From assembly GCA_045568435.1 (NCBI GenBank), contig JBJLBB010000001.1, positions 492,413-556,412 on the forward strand: a DNA stretch of 64,000 nucleotides, written 5' to 3'. The position numbers and the translations under genes were made by a program. The notes below the pieces were generated by a model that saw only the letters and a list, made by a program, of their open reading frames with translations, made no database searches and was not told the origin of the DNA. Every line of letters starts with the position of its first letter. Position 1 is the first letter of the stretch. Positions 35,762-44,727 of the stretch are shown piece by piece. Source of the stretch: Candidatus Poseidoniaceae archaeon (GTDB lineage: Archaea > Thermoplasmatota > Poseidoniia > Poseidoniales > Poseidoniaceae).

Positions 35762-36070
35762 ATGTCAACCCAATACTCGATTGAAGATTGGGAATCAATC
35801 GTCAAACATTTCAAAACCTTATTCGATGGAATGGGTGAAATCGATCATACCAATAAATCGATTAGATTTTCATCGGTTAAACCTGATGTCATGACAAGTA
35901 TATCGATCAATAAAGACGGAAGTTTTGATGCTTCAATGCCTTTACATGGTGCTGAAGGAATTGTTGAGAAAGTATCATTTAGCAAATCAAATGTAATTAT
36001 GACAGGACAAAATTTGAACTATACATATCGAATTCCACCTGAAATATTAAGCAAGAGGATTAGTGATTGA
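35762..36070 (+). CDS. Hypothetical protein
   Basis: ORF from ATG 35762 (MSTQY) overlapping the nth start; operon-like packing. Confidence 0.6.
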   Translation: MSTQYSIEDWESIVKHFKTLFDGMGEIDHTNKSIRFSSVKPDVMTSISINKDGSFDASMPLHGAEGIVEKVSFSKSNVIMTGQNLNYTYRIPPEILSKRISD

Positions 36071-36722
36071 TTTGAAGCGTTCACAAAAAGCTGAAAAAAT
36101 CGTTGAGATGCTGGAAGAATTTTACCCTGAAACTCCCGTCCCTTTAGACCATCAAAATACATTCCAACTATTGGTAGCGGTTTTGATGAGCGCTCAAACA
36201 ACTGACTTGAAGGTCAATCAAGTGACACCTGCACTTTTCAAAAAAGCACCTGATGCAAAATCGATGGTTAAATTATCTGTTGAAACGATTCTAAATGATA
36301 TCCGCCAAGTCGGCTTAGCGCCTACTAAAGCAAAGAATATTCATCGTTTGTCCGAAATGCTGGTCGAACAATATGATGGTGAAGTTCCAAAAGGTTTTGA
36401 ACCCTTAGAGGCATTACCAGGTGTTGGACATAAGACTGCAGGAGTTGTGATGGCACAAGCATTTGGAGTGCCTGCATTCCCAGTTGATACTCATATCCAT
36501 AGACTTGCAGCAAGATGGGGCTTATCTAATGGCAAGAATGTCGAAAAAACTGAGAAAGACCTGAAGGCTGTCTTTCCAAAACATCTGTGGAATAAGTTGC
36601 ATTTACAGATTATTTTCTTTGGCAGAGAATACTGCCCAGCAAGAAATCATGACTTAACAAAGTGTCCTATCTGTTCTTGGACAGCCACTAAAAAGCGTAT
36701 ATTAGAAGAATCTAAACGATGA
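36063..36722 (+). CDS. nth: Endonuclease III
   Basis: LLVAVLMSAQTTD, HhH LPGVGHKTA, FPVDTHIHR, C-terminal Cys cluster. Confidence 0.95.
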   Translation: MIDLKRSQKAEKIVEMLEEFYPETPVPLDHQNTFQLLVAVLMSAQTTDLKVNQVTPALFKKAPDAKSMVKLSVETILNDIRQVGLAPTKAKNIHRLSEMLVEQYDGEVPKGFEPLEALPGVGHKTAGVVMAQAFGVPAFPVDTHIHRLAARWGLSNGKNVEKTEKDLKAVFPKHLWNKLHLQIIFFGREYCPARNHDLTKCPICSWTATKKRILEESKR

Positions 36723-37163
36723 TTAGAACAATCCAATATTACTTGATGCCAAGTTGGTTATGACGAGTATTCCACCAATAATAACCGATATACGTAGTGC
36801 TGTGTGATGAGCGTTCCCGTCATATCCTTCGCGAATAAATGCATAGCCAATCATACCAAGAGCTGCTGATTGCATCATTGCTCCTAAGGCACCCAAGGTT
36901 CCCACTAGAGAATTATGACTTGTAAGAGCATCTGTATATTTTTCAGCATCATCATAATCACTCACTACTGGCTCTCCTGTGAGGTTTGGAATCTCGGTTA
37001 GAATCGCTGCCGCTACAACCAGAATAACGCCCACCATCAACCATCTTTGGAATGAATAGGCCCCGTATTTGTCAAGGAATTTCGGTTGTGGTTGGTACGC
37101 TGCCATAGGCTGCATAGGTTGAGGTTGCTGGGCTACTACTGGGGGAGAGGGTGCTGGTTGCAT
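36723..37163 (-). CDS. Hypothetical membrane protein with Pro/Gln-rich N-terminus
   Basis: Three hydrophobic helices; 146 aa. Confidence 0.65.
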   Translation of the reverse strand: MQPAPSPPVVAQQPQPMQPMAAYQPQPKFLDKYGAYSFQRWLMVGVILVVAAAILTEIPNLTGEPVVSDYDDAEKYTDALTSHNSLVGTLGALGAMMQSAALGMIGYAFIREGYDGNAHHTALRISVIIGGILVITNLASSNIGLF

Positions 37164-37204
37164 AATTTGTGATTATACAACTCAATCTATCAAGGTTTTC
37201 AAAT

Positions 37205-39013
37205 CTAAACCGAGAATATAGAGGATGCTGAGTCAAGTATCACTGACGTAAGTAATGAGGTAAGGCCAGCGATCCAAAGGAGATTAATCGACTGTCCTAG
37301 AGCACTGGTTTTACCTCCACCTCTAAGCCTAGTAGCAATCATTGATACCGCTATTACTTGAACCAAAATTAGTATAGACACTACTATCTTGAACATCCTA
37401 ATGTTTTCACCCACAGAACTAGAATCTTCCATCACAGGTAAAGCGACACCACCACCGAAATCCGAGAGTGCTGAGACATCAGTATCAGCAAGACCACTCG
37501 CAACACCAGCAATGGCATCACCCAATTGAAGAACAATCGAAATGGTAACGTTGAGACTGGTTACGCTTGCAATCAACAATCCTATTGCTACACCCCACAT
37601 GGTGTTTGCTGAAAGTGCACGTCGACGTCTTAGAGAAAGCAGACTACCTACTGAACGAGATACCATTTCAGCAGTTTCAGCAGGCCGCCCAGATGACTGA
37701 GAACCTTCGATGTAAATACGCATATATCTTGATATGACGGATGAATTGGTATCTGCATTGAAATAATCCCATGCACGGTCAGAATCAATACGGGTTGAAA
37801 GTCTCTTTTCCAATCTATCAATTGAATTGTCTAACATACCAAAATCAATTCCTCTTAGTGCCTTGATAGTAGCAGAAGGTTCGGCAGAACGTGCTTGAGC
37901 AGTACCGCCTAATGCTCTAATGAAATCAGGATATGTTTCATCGCGACGTAAAACTTGTTTCTCTTCACGACTTACCATCAATGAAGGGAAAATTAGTGGC
38001 GTTAGCGGTATAGCAACGATTAGAAGACCATATTTATCCCATTGGTCTGACAAAGCATCCCAAGCAGAAATTACTGAGATGAACATCACTAATGCTAAGA
38101 AGATAGATATGCCACCTGAAATCAAAAAAGACCTTCTGAAATTAATCCTAAATGGTGTATCCATCTCATCTCTGGCAAATGTTTGATCTTCGGGGATAGT
38201 TGCCCTAAATGCAAATACTGCACCAATCTGAACTATGATAAATATCAAACCTGTCAAAAGTAAGAAACGTATTCTACTAAAAACTTCAATAGGTGTAGAG
38301 TCTGAAGAACCTACCTCGAATAAGACCAAATGAATTCCAGCAATTACCAATGCGAAAAGGCCTGCAGAAACCAATGACACATAAATTTCCTTTAGAGTAT
38401 CCACGGATTCTAATCTTGTATCATATAATGTAGTATATTGCTCAGCAACTGTTTCTTGTTCAGCGCGCATGAATTCATCAATAGGCTGGCCTGCTTCGAT
38501 AGAGAACGCCATTCGGTCGAGGAAATCGGTCCATAATGGACTTGGACTTTGTTGAGCAACAATTCTTGCAGCCTCAGGTAAAGAAGTATGCCACTTATCT
38601 ACAAGTGTCTCAATTCTCTTTACTTCCGATGCCAATTCCCCATAATCGCTCATCTGTTTTAGAATATCAAATATTGATTTGGCGCCGACTTCACCTAGTG
38701 ATAAAATCCCCATACGTGTGATGAACATATGCATCTCTTTTTCAATACGAGTAGCTGAACGTTGTACTTCCAAAAATGGAAAAGATAGCGCCGCTAATGC
38801 TGTAATTAATGGGAATACTAGAATCATCAAAATTCCAGCAAAACCTTGGAATAGGGCACCTTCACCTAAACCTCCTGTAAGATAAATTAGAATTATTGCA
38901 GTGATAAGACCAATTAGGCCTGCACCGCCAACAAAAACAACCAAGAAACGTATAATTGGCATTTCTAAGCGACGAATGGCCACTTGCCAAATTGGCATTC
39001 TTTCCATGTTCAT
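37205..39013 (-). CDS. flaJ: Archaellum membrane platform protein ArlJ (GspF family)
   Basis: Polytopic, two GspF-like cytoplasmic domains (FITRMGILS...DFLDRMA; YPDFIRALG); directly downstream of flaI. Confidence 0.92.
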   Translation of the reverse strand: MNMERMPIWQVAIRRLEMPIIRFLVVFVGGAGLIGLITAIILIYLTGGLGEGALFQGFAGILMILVFPLITALAALSFPFLEVQRSATRIEKEMHMFITRMGILSLGEVGAKSIFDILKQMSDYGELASEVKRIETLVDKWHTSLPEAARIVAQQSPSPLWTDFLDRMAFSIEAGQPIDEFMRAEQETVAEQYTTLYDTRLESVDTLKEIYVSLVSAGLFALVIAGIHLVLFEVGSSDSTPIEVFSRIRFLLLTGLIFIIVQIGAVFAFRATIPEDQTFARDEMDTPFRINFRRSFLISGGISIFLALVMFISVISAWDALSDQWDKYGLLIVAIPLTPLIFPSLMVSREEKQVLRRDETYPDFIRALGGTAQARSAEPSATIKALRGIDFGMLDNSIDRLEKRLSTRIDSDRAWDYFNADTNSSVISRYMRIYIEGSQSSGRPAETAEMVSRSVGSLLSLRRRRALSANTMWGVAIGLLIASVTSLNVTISIVLQLGDAIAGVASGLADTDVSALSDFGGGVALPVMEDSSSVGENIRMFKIVVSILILVQVIAVSMIATRLRGGGKTSALGQSINLLWIAGLTSLLTSVILDSASSIFSV

Positions 39014-39018
39014 ACCTC

Positions 39019-40737
39019 CTAACTATGATTGACTCCAGTCCATGAGTCAATTGCTCTATCAAAGGATTCAAAGCCATTATTATAATAAATTCCAAGCAAA
39101 TCAAAGACATCATCATAGTGAGTTAAATCTCTATCTGCCATCTTTTGAAGTGATGCTGCTCTGTTAAGCATCTCATCATAGATGTCACGCTTGTTAGCAA
39201 AACCAGCCATAGCAGCAATTTTGTTTTCCAAAAGGTGACTTTGGAACATACCACGGAAATAGTGCTTATCCTTGACAGGGTCCCATTCGAACATACCACG
39301 AGTCAACACACCATCGCTATGTTTGTTGTAACCAATTACTTCGTCAATACCTGTGACACGTCTGGCGATTCCTCCCCCAGGTGCCTCAACTACTTCTTGG
39401 AAAATTGCGAAATTCAAGTTATCGAAGAAACGAATTGGAACATTGATTGGGTCACCAGTAAATCTTTGAATCATTTTTACGATTGAAGATGCGTGGAATG
39501 TAGCGATAACCGGGTGACCAGTCTGCATCGCTTGGAATGCTGTTGCACCCTCAACACCACGTATCTCACCGATAATGATGTATCTTGGACGACTTCTTAG
39601 AGCGGCTTTCAGCAAGTCGAACATCTCAACTCTTGATTCTTCATTCTTAGAATCACGAGTAACAAGTCGTTGCCATATCTTGTGACGTACTTTAACTTCA
39701 GGAGTATCTTCTGCTGAGTATATCTTGACATTGTGGTCAATGAATGGTAAAATTGCATTTAACGTCGTAGTTTTACCAGATGCTGTTTCTCCAGATACCA
39801 GAACTGACATACCATATTCTAAGCAGATCCATATGTATGCTGCTACTTGAGTAGAAATAGTACCCCATTTGATCAGTTGGATAATTGAAATTGTTTCTTC
39901 CGCGAATTTACGGATAGTGAATGACGGACCTAACATAGATACATCGTCTGAGAAAATGATATTGATACGTGAACCGTCCAACAATGCACCATCAATAATT
40001 GGTTTGTTGTCTGAAACTGGACGTCCGATACGTTCGGACATTGCTCTTAGATATCTTGAGAGAATCTCTCTCTCACGGAATCGAATATTAGAAGTGACCA
40101 TTCCAAACACTTTGTGGTCCATATGAATATGCTTTAGGCCGATTGAGTGTATATCTTCCAGCATCTCATCAGAAAGAAGGGGCTCAAGTGGACCATTTTT
40201 AATTAAATCTCTAATTACAATATATTGTAATCTATCTCTTTGTTCTGGTGAAACAACAAGTCTCTTATCGTCCATACCAATCATTTCCCAAAACCTTCCT
40301 TGGCGGCGGACTGTTGAGCCAACCTCGCTGTCTAGCATTGTGAATCTGTCAACCATTTGTTCCAGAATATTCTCAAATTCTCCATCTGTGGTAAAAGTAG
40401 GAGCAGTTGGTGCTTCTTGAAGTAATGTCTCCACTAATTCACGTCTAATGTTTTCTTCTTCCTCGCTTAATTGAGGTTCAAGACCAAACCAAAGAATTTC
40501 TCCACCAGCTCCATCTTCATCTTCAGGAGGTTCGTAAATGTGAATGAAAATTGGTTCTTTAGCAGAGTAAATTAGATTATATGGCCTCTCTTTCTTAGCA
40601 TCACGGTCTAATGGACCATAATAAATCGGCCTAGAGCCGTATCTTGATTCAAAGTCACGAACCCAATCTCCAACGTGTGGAAAAGCAGCCATTACGCTGT
40701 TGAGGTCGCCCTTTGCAAAACGTGGTTCATCTGCCAT
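39019..40737 (-). CDS. flaI: Archaellum assembly/motor ATPase ArlI
   Basis: Walker A GETASGKTT, ALRSRPRYIIIGEIRG, AMQTGH; start ATG 40737 with GAGGAGG RBS. Confidence 0.95.
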   Translation of the reverse strand: MADEPRFAKGDLNSVMAAFPHVGDWVRDFESRYGSRPIYYGPLDRDAKKERPYNLIYSAKEPIFIHIYEPPEDEDGAGGEILWFGLEPQLSEEEENIRRELVETLLQEAPTAPTFTTDGEFENILEQMVDRFTMLDSEVGSTVRRQGRFWEMIGMDDKRLVVSPEQRDRLQYIVIRDLIKNGPLEPLLSDEMLEDIHSIGLKHIHMDHKVFGMVTSNIRFREREILSRYLRAMSERIGRPVSDNKPIIDGALLDGSRINIIFSDDVSMLGPSFTIRKFAEETISIIQLIKWGTISTQVAAYIWICLEYGMSVLVSGETASGKTTTLNAILPFIDHNVKIYSAEDTPEVKVRHKIWQRLVTRDSKNEESRVEMFDLLKAALRSRPRYIIIGEIRGVEGATAFQAMQTGHPVIATFHASSIVKMIQRFTGDPINVPIRFFDNLNFAIFQEVVEAPGGGIARRVTGIDEVIGYNKHSDGVLTRGMFEWDPVKDKHYFRGMFQSHLLENKIAAMAGFANKRDIYDEMLNRAASLQKMADRDLTHYDDVFDLLGIYYNNGFESFDRAIDSWTGVNHS

Positions 40738-40748
40738 TGAATCCCTCC

Positions 40749-41483
40749 TCAACTTACCGCCGTAATATCAACGATGAAGCCCATACTAGGCTCAACACGC
40801 CATCCAACAGATGTTTGAACCGGACCTGCGGCTCTTAAGAATCTGGTAACTACAATACTTCTCTTTAGGTCTCCACCTATGAGATTAGTCGATAAATCCA
40901 ATACAACTTCAGAAGATGCTCTCATTGAATGAAGCAACTTATGGTCCATTTCATCAGGGTCAACGCACAACATAATTGAACGACCTTCAGATGAAACCTT
41001 ACGTAATCTTTGCATCATTTCAAACCTCTGATTTTCATCAAGCGAGTCTGGCATCAATGCACTTGCAGAATCAAGAATAATTACGTCTGCTTGCTTTATT
41101 GCATCACTGTTAAGCACTTGCTCTAAACCAACTTCAGCTTTGGATTCTGCAATAGTCCCAAATCGGCTGAAAATCATCAACTGTCCATCTCTGAGATATT
41201 CAGTAACTCCATATCCAATCGATTCCATCTGTTCAATCCATCCTCTAGTGGTAAGTTCTGTAGTTATGACAAGAATTTTTGTACCATTCTCTAACATACC
41301 ATGAACGAGTCTTTGGGCAATCAGAGATTTACCAGCACCGACAACTCCTTGAACAACATACAAAGAACGATTTGGAAGTCTTAGACCCATTGTATCTGCA
41401 AGTGAATCGGTTTCTACATCAAATGGAAAACCATCCTCAACAGGCTTGTGAGGGATAAATAGTGGGTCTTCTTCAGACTTCAT
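40749..41483 (-). CDS. flaH: Archaellum RecA/KaiC-like ATPase ArlH
   Basis: GVVGAGKSLIAQRL, IILDSAS, C-terminal WRVEPSMGFIVDI. Confidence 0.92.
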   Translation of the reverse strand: MKSEEDPLFIPHKPVEDGFPFDVETDSLADTMGLRLPNRSLYVVQGVVGAGKSLIAQRLVHGMLENGTKILVITTELTTRGWIEQMESIGYGVTEYLRDGQLMIFSRFGTIAESKAEVGLEQVLNSDAIKQADVIILDSASALMPDSLDENQRFEMMQRLRKVSSEGRSIMLCVDPDEMDHKLLHSMRASSEVVLDLSTNLIGGDLKRSIVVTRFLRAAGPVQTSVGWRVEPSMGFIVDITAVS

Positions 41484-41973
41484 TAACTCTCACCTCTTGA
41501 TTGATTACTGTTTGTCCAGAATATCCGCCAACCGATATTGATTCAGCGAAGATAGAAAACGAGATTTCAGTATCGTCAACTAATCCCCAGGTACCTGAAA
41601 CTTCGACTTCAAGAAGTTGTCCTGAAGCCCAAATTACGCCCGATGGTAAAATAGTTGTAGATGTATCAACATCTGCTATAATTTCACCATTCAATTGGAT
41701 AAATAATGAGGATTCATCAAGTTCATACTGACCTGTATTTTGAAGATAGAAAGTTATCTTCTCATCAGCAGGATTCGAAGTATCATATTCAATATTAGAT
41801 AAATCTCCTGCGAATTTCATTTCAGTATTGAAATCAGCCTCATCTCCACGCCGTTGTTGGTCAAAACTAGTCGCCATTTCTCCCCATTGGGAGATCAATA
41901 CGGCAGAGACACTACCTGAAACCAGAAGTGCGGTTGCAAGCAAAATGAATGATGAAGCTCCTCCGTCTGCCAT
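41473..41973 (-). CDS. flaG: Archaellum stator protein ArlG
   Basis: N-terminal TM (ASSFILLATALLVSGSV), FYLQNTG, W..GQLLEV; position before flaH. Confidence 0.85.
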   Translation of the reverse strand: MADGGASSFILLATALLVSGSVSAVLISQWGEMATSFDQQRRGDEADFNTEMKFAGDLSNIEYDTSNPADEKITFYLQNTGQYELDESSLFIQLNGEIIADVDTSTTILPSGVIWASGQLLEVEVSGTWGLVDDTEISFSIFAESISVGGYSGQTVINQEVRVNEV

Positions 41974-41983
41974 TGATAACACC

Positions 41984-42625
41984 TCAGTCTAAAGCCCTCG
42001 CTAGGTTATATCCATGAGAAGAAACCGCCATTGTAGTAAATGTCGAAGACCCAAATCCTCTCCATTCAATGTTGATGGTTTCTCCTGAATACCAATTTGA
42101 TGTTGCTCCTGGCACTAATACGTCCATTGTTCTAGCATTACTGCCATCTACGAATAGCCATACATCCTCTTGCGGAAGTACAACTGGTCCATTATTTGTC
42201 ACATTGGTATGGATAACTGTACCTAAAGTGGCTTGTAAGTTTGCTACTGTAACTCCTACAGGTGGGCTGTCTACCTGAATAGCCGGCGCTGGGGAAGAGT
42301 AATTCCCATGACTGGTGATTGTCACGGCGTTAATTTCCCCTGTTGCCGGAATTACGGTAAAATCGGCAGTAAAACCACCGGCTACTCCAGTACTCAATGT
42401 ACCATTGACATAGCCAGCACCACCATCTACGATTGTGATACTAATTACAGCTCCTTCCCAAATTGTCGCATCATCAATAGTGAATGATGGTAACGGGTCA
42501 TTGGCCGAATCAAGAGCATCTAATGATGAGTCCATCCTAACATCTAATGTAGTAATTGCTAAAGCAAAAACCACCATTAGGGATGTACCCACTATTAGCC
42601 CTCCTATTCCGACCGATGCGCCCAT
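41984..42625 (-). CDS. flaF: Archaellum stator protein ArlF, with an inserted beta-repeat
   Basis: MGASVGIGGLIV N-terminal TM, VTNNGP..L..VWLFVDG, WYSGET; position before flaG. Confidence 0.8.
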   Translation of the reverse strand: MGASVGIGGLIVGTSLMVVFALAITTLDVRMDSSLDALDSANDPLPSFTIDDATIWEGAVISITIVDGGAGYVNGTLSTGVAGGFTADFTVIPATGEINAVTITSHGNYSSPAPAIQVDSPPVGVTVANLQATLGTVIHTNVTNNGPVVLPQEDVWLFVDGSNARTMDVLVPGATSNWYSGETINIEWRGFGSSTFTTMAVSSHGYNLARALD

Positions 42626-42626
42626 T

Positions 42627-43484
42627 TCACTCTTCACCTCGAAGATTCTTTACTTCGCGCCATGATGTTACTAATGCAGATAAAGTAAGCAACTCTCTAT
42701 GTGAGAGGTGATCTTCCAATGCATCTTCAGTTTCACCAGGGGAAGCAAGTTGAACAATTGCTAAAACCGCATTACCTTCTTCACTAGATAGCATACCTGA
42801 ATTGGTTGCCTTCTGCGTAAAACTGACTGCTGCCATTCCAGACATATTGTCTAGAAGTAATGCTGCAATTGTTGGTGCTCCAACCTGATTTGCCTGAGTC
42901 GTAGGTCCCGATGAAGGGGCGACTAGGAAAGGATTAGCTGCTAATGCCTGTGCTTCGTAAAGTTCGACCAATGGTGCTTCATCATCACCTTTGAGGCGTT
43001 CAACGCCCCCAGTAGTGATCACTTCTCCATCAGATGTGACTATACGGTCTCCGATATGTCCGTTCTCTCCTTCATCGTCTGAAATAATCTCTCCATCATC
43101 ACCAATTTTTGGTGCGTTTGGATTAATAGAGATTCCTTCTTCAATACGAACTTCGACCATTCTCAGTACATCCTCAACCATGTCGAGGCGACTGCTGATC
43201 AGTCTTTCAAGTCCTGAAGTATCAACTTGAGCATTGACAGTAGCAGGCTGTGCTGAAACAGGATTCATGCTAGAAGCAACTGTTGGAACACTACCAATAC
43301 TGTTCAATTTCGCTCTTGTCGGACCCGGGGAAATCGTCCATGCATCTTCTTCGCTTAGTTCACCCTCTTCTGGAAGAGGTACTTGTTCGATGGCCACGTT
43401 GGCCATTATTTTCAAGCGTTCTTCACTAAGTTCGGCGTCTGCATCTCTGATATTTCCCGAGTTATTTCCAAATGGCCAAGCCAT
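42627..43484 (-). CDS. Divergent ArlC/ArlD/E-like switch/accessory protein (putative)
   Basis: Occupies the flaCDE slot between flaB and flaF. LVELYEAQALAANPF resembles the FlaC LYEvVS..INPF motif, and the C-terminal helices resemble FlaD/E. Confidence 0.6.
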   Translation of the reverse strand: MAWPFGNNSGNIRDADAELSEERLKIMANVAIEQVPLPEEGELSEEDAWTISPGPTRAKLNSIGSVPTVASSMNPVSAQPATVNAQVDTSGLERLISSRLDMVEDVLRMVEVRIEEGISINPNAPKIGDDGEIISDDEGENGHIGDRIVTSDGEVITTGGVERLKGDDEAPLVELYEAQALAANPFLVAPSSGPTTQANQVGAPTIAALLLDNMSGMAAVSFTQKATNSGMLSSEEGNAVLAIVQLASPGETEDALEDHLSHRELLTLSALVTSWREVKNLRGEE

Positions 43485-43534
43485 TGTAATACCTCCTTGC
43501 TGTCAAGAATATAATTCTTTAACAGCAAGAAAAA

Positions 43535-44110
43535 TCAGATGACTGGGCTTCCAGTTTGGGCGTTGGCAGGTACAGACAATGTTTCGAAGGTGGTTCCACC
43601 GCTCTCAACGTGTATGTATAACTGAGCCTCTTGTCCTGCGATAAGGTTTGCATTGCAAACACCTTGTGCATCGATCAATATCTTGTATGAGTTAGAGACA
43701 AGCATTGGAGATACACCTGCACCGAAAGCAGAAACGGATTGACGTTGGACTTGAGCTGCCCCAAATCCTCCAGCACCCACACTGTCTTCATATCCAGCAC
43801 CATTTGCACAATACAATTGCCATGAAACAGTAGCTGCAGGAATTGAACTACTACCAGCAGCTAGTCTAACATATAGAACATAATCATTGTTACCATCAAC
43901 ATAACCTTGCATTACAGATAATTTACCAGACAATTCGTCCGAGGTTTGATCACCTGTATTTTGAGCATTTTGTTGGAGTTTTTCAGCGGTTTGGATAATT
44001 ACTGCAGAAGCAACTGCAGCAACCAATATTAGAGAGATAAATACAATCATAGCTCCAATACCAATAGCGCCCCATGTGTCTTCTTCTTGGGAAGTGTTTT
44101 CTGTTCTCAC
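43535..44110 (-). CDS. flaB: Archaellin (second copy)
   Basis: GAIGIGAMIVFISLILVAAVASAVIIQTAEKLQQ class III pilin-like helix. Confidence 0.95.
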   Translation of the reverse strand: MRTENTSQEEDTWGAIGIGAMIVFISLILVAAVASAVIIQTAEKLQQNAQNTGDQTSDELSGKLSVMQGYVDGNNDYVLYVRLAAGSSSIPAATVSWQLYCANGAGYEDSVGAGGFGAAQVQRQSVSAFGAGVSPMLVSNSYKILIDAQGVCNANLIAGQEAQLYIHVESGGTTFETLSVPANAQTGSPVI

Positions 44111-44664
44111 ACTACCACCGTCCCTTGAGCTGTGGATGAACCATAGGTAAGTACCTCGTAAGTGAATCCAGAGTTACCAGCTGCCAAAGTCAAGTAATGA
44201 TTTTGGTTTGTAGTTGGTGCACAATTTGCTGCTACAAGTGTGGTTTGATACACTTGTCCAGGAGTACCGGTTGTACCACCGTTAGCTGAAACTGCTGCAG
44301 TATTGGTACCAGCAGAAGCAAATGTTCCTGCATCGGCACCAACGCCACCAGCTTGACAGGTTATTGACCATTCAATATTTGCCCAAGGTATTGTTTCAGA
44401 CCCAGGAGCTAATTCCCATGTCATCTGCAGATTACCACCAGCATTGATTACAATATTCAATGGCATTACTTTGGATGCCATTTGGTCTTGTGTTTGTTCG
44501 CCTGCTGTCTGGGCGTTTTGTTGCAACTTCTCAGCGGTCTGAATAATGACCGCTGAGGCCACCGCTGCGACTAGGATTAGCGCAATGAATACAATCATCG
44601 CACCAATTCCCATAGCAGCGAGGGTCTCGCTATTTTGGTTTTCTATTTCATTTTTATTTTTCAT
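44107..44664 (-). CDS. flaB: Archaellin (first copy)
   Basis: AAMGIGAMIVFIALILVAAVASAVIIQTAEKLQQ; ATG 44664 preceded by AGGTG RBS. Confidence 0.95.
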   Translation of the reverse strand: MKNKNEIENQNSETLAAMGIGAMIVFIALILVAAVASAVIIQTAEKLQQNAQTAGEQTQDQMASKVMPLNIVINAGGNLQMTWELAPGSETIPWANIEWSITCQAGGVGADAGTFASAGTNTAAVSANGGTTGTPGQVYQTTLVAANCAPTTNQNHYLTLAAGNSGFTYEVLTYGSSTAQGTVVV

Positions 44665-44693
44665 ATTTTTCACCTTTTTTGTTTTTTACTCGT

Positions 44694-44713
44694 CCTCCCG
44701 CTCCTGCGGGTGG
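44694..44713 (-). other. GC-rich stem-loop just upstream of the first flaB RBS
   Basis: Minus strand reads CC-A-CCCGC-AGGA-GCGGG-A-GG, followed by an A-rich tract and the RBS. Confidence 0.45.
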
Positions 44714-44727
44714 AATGTGATTGGGGC

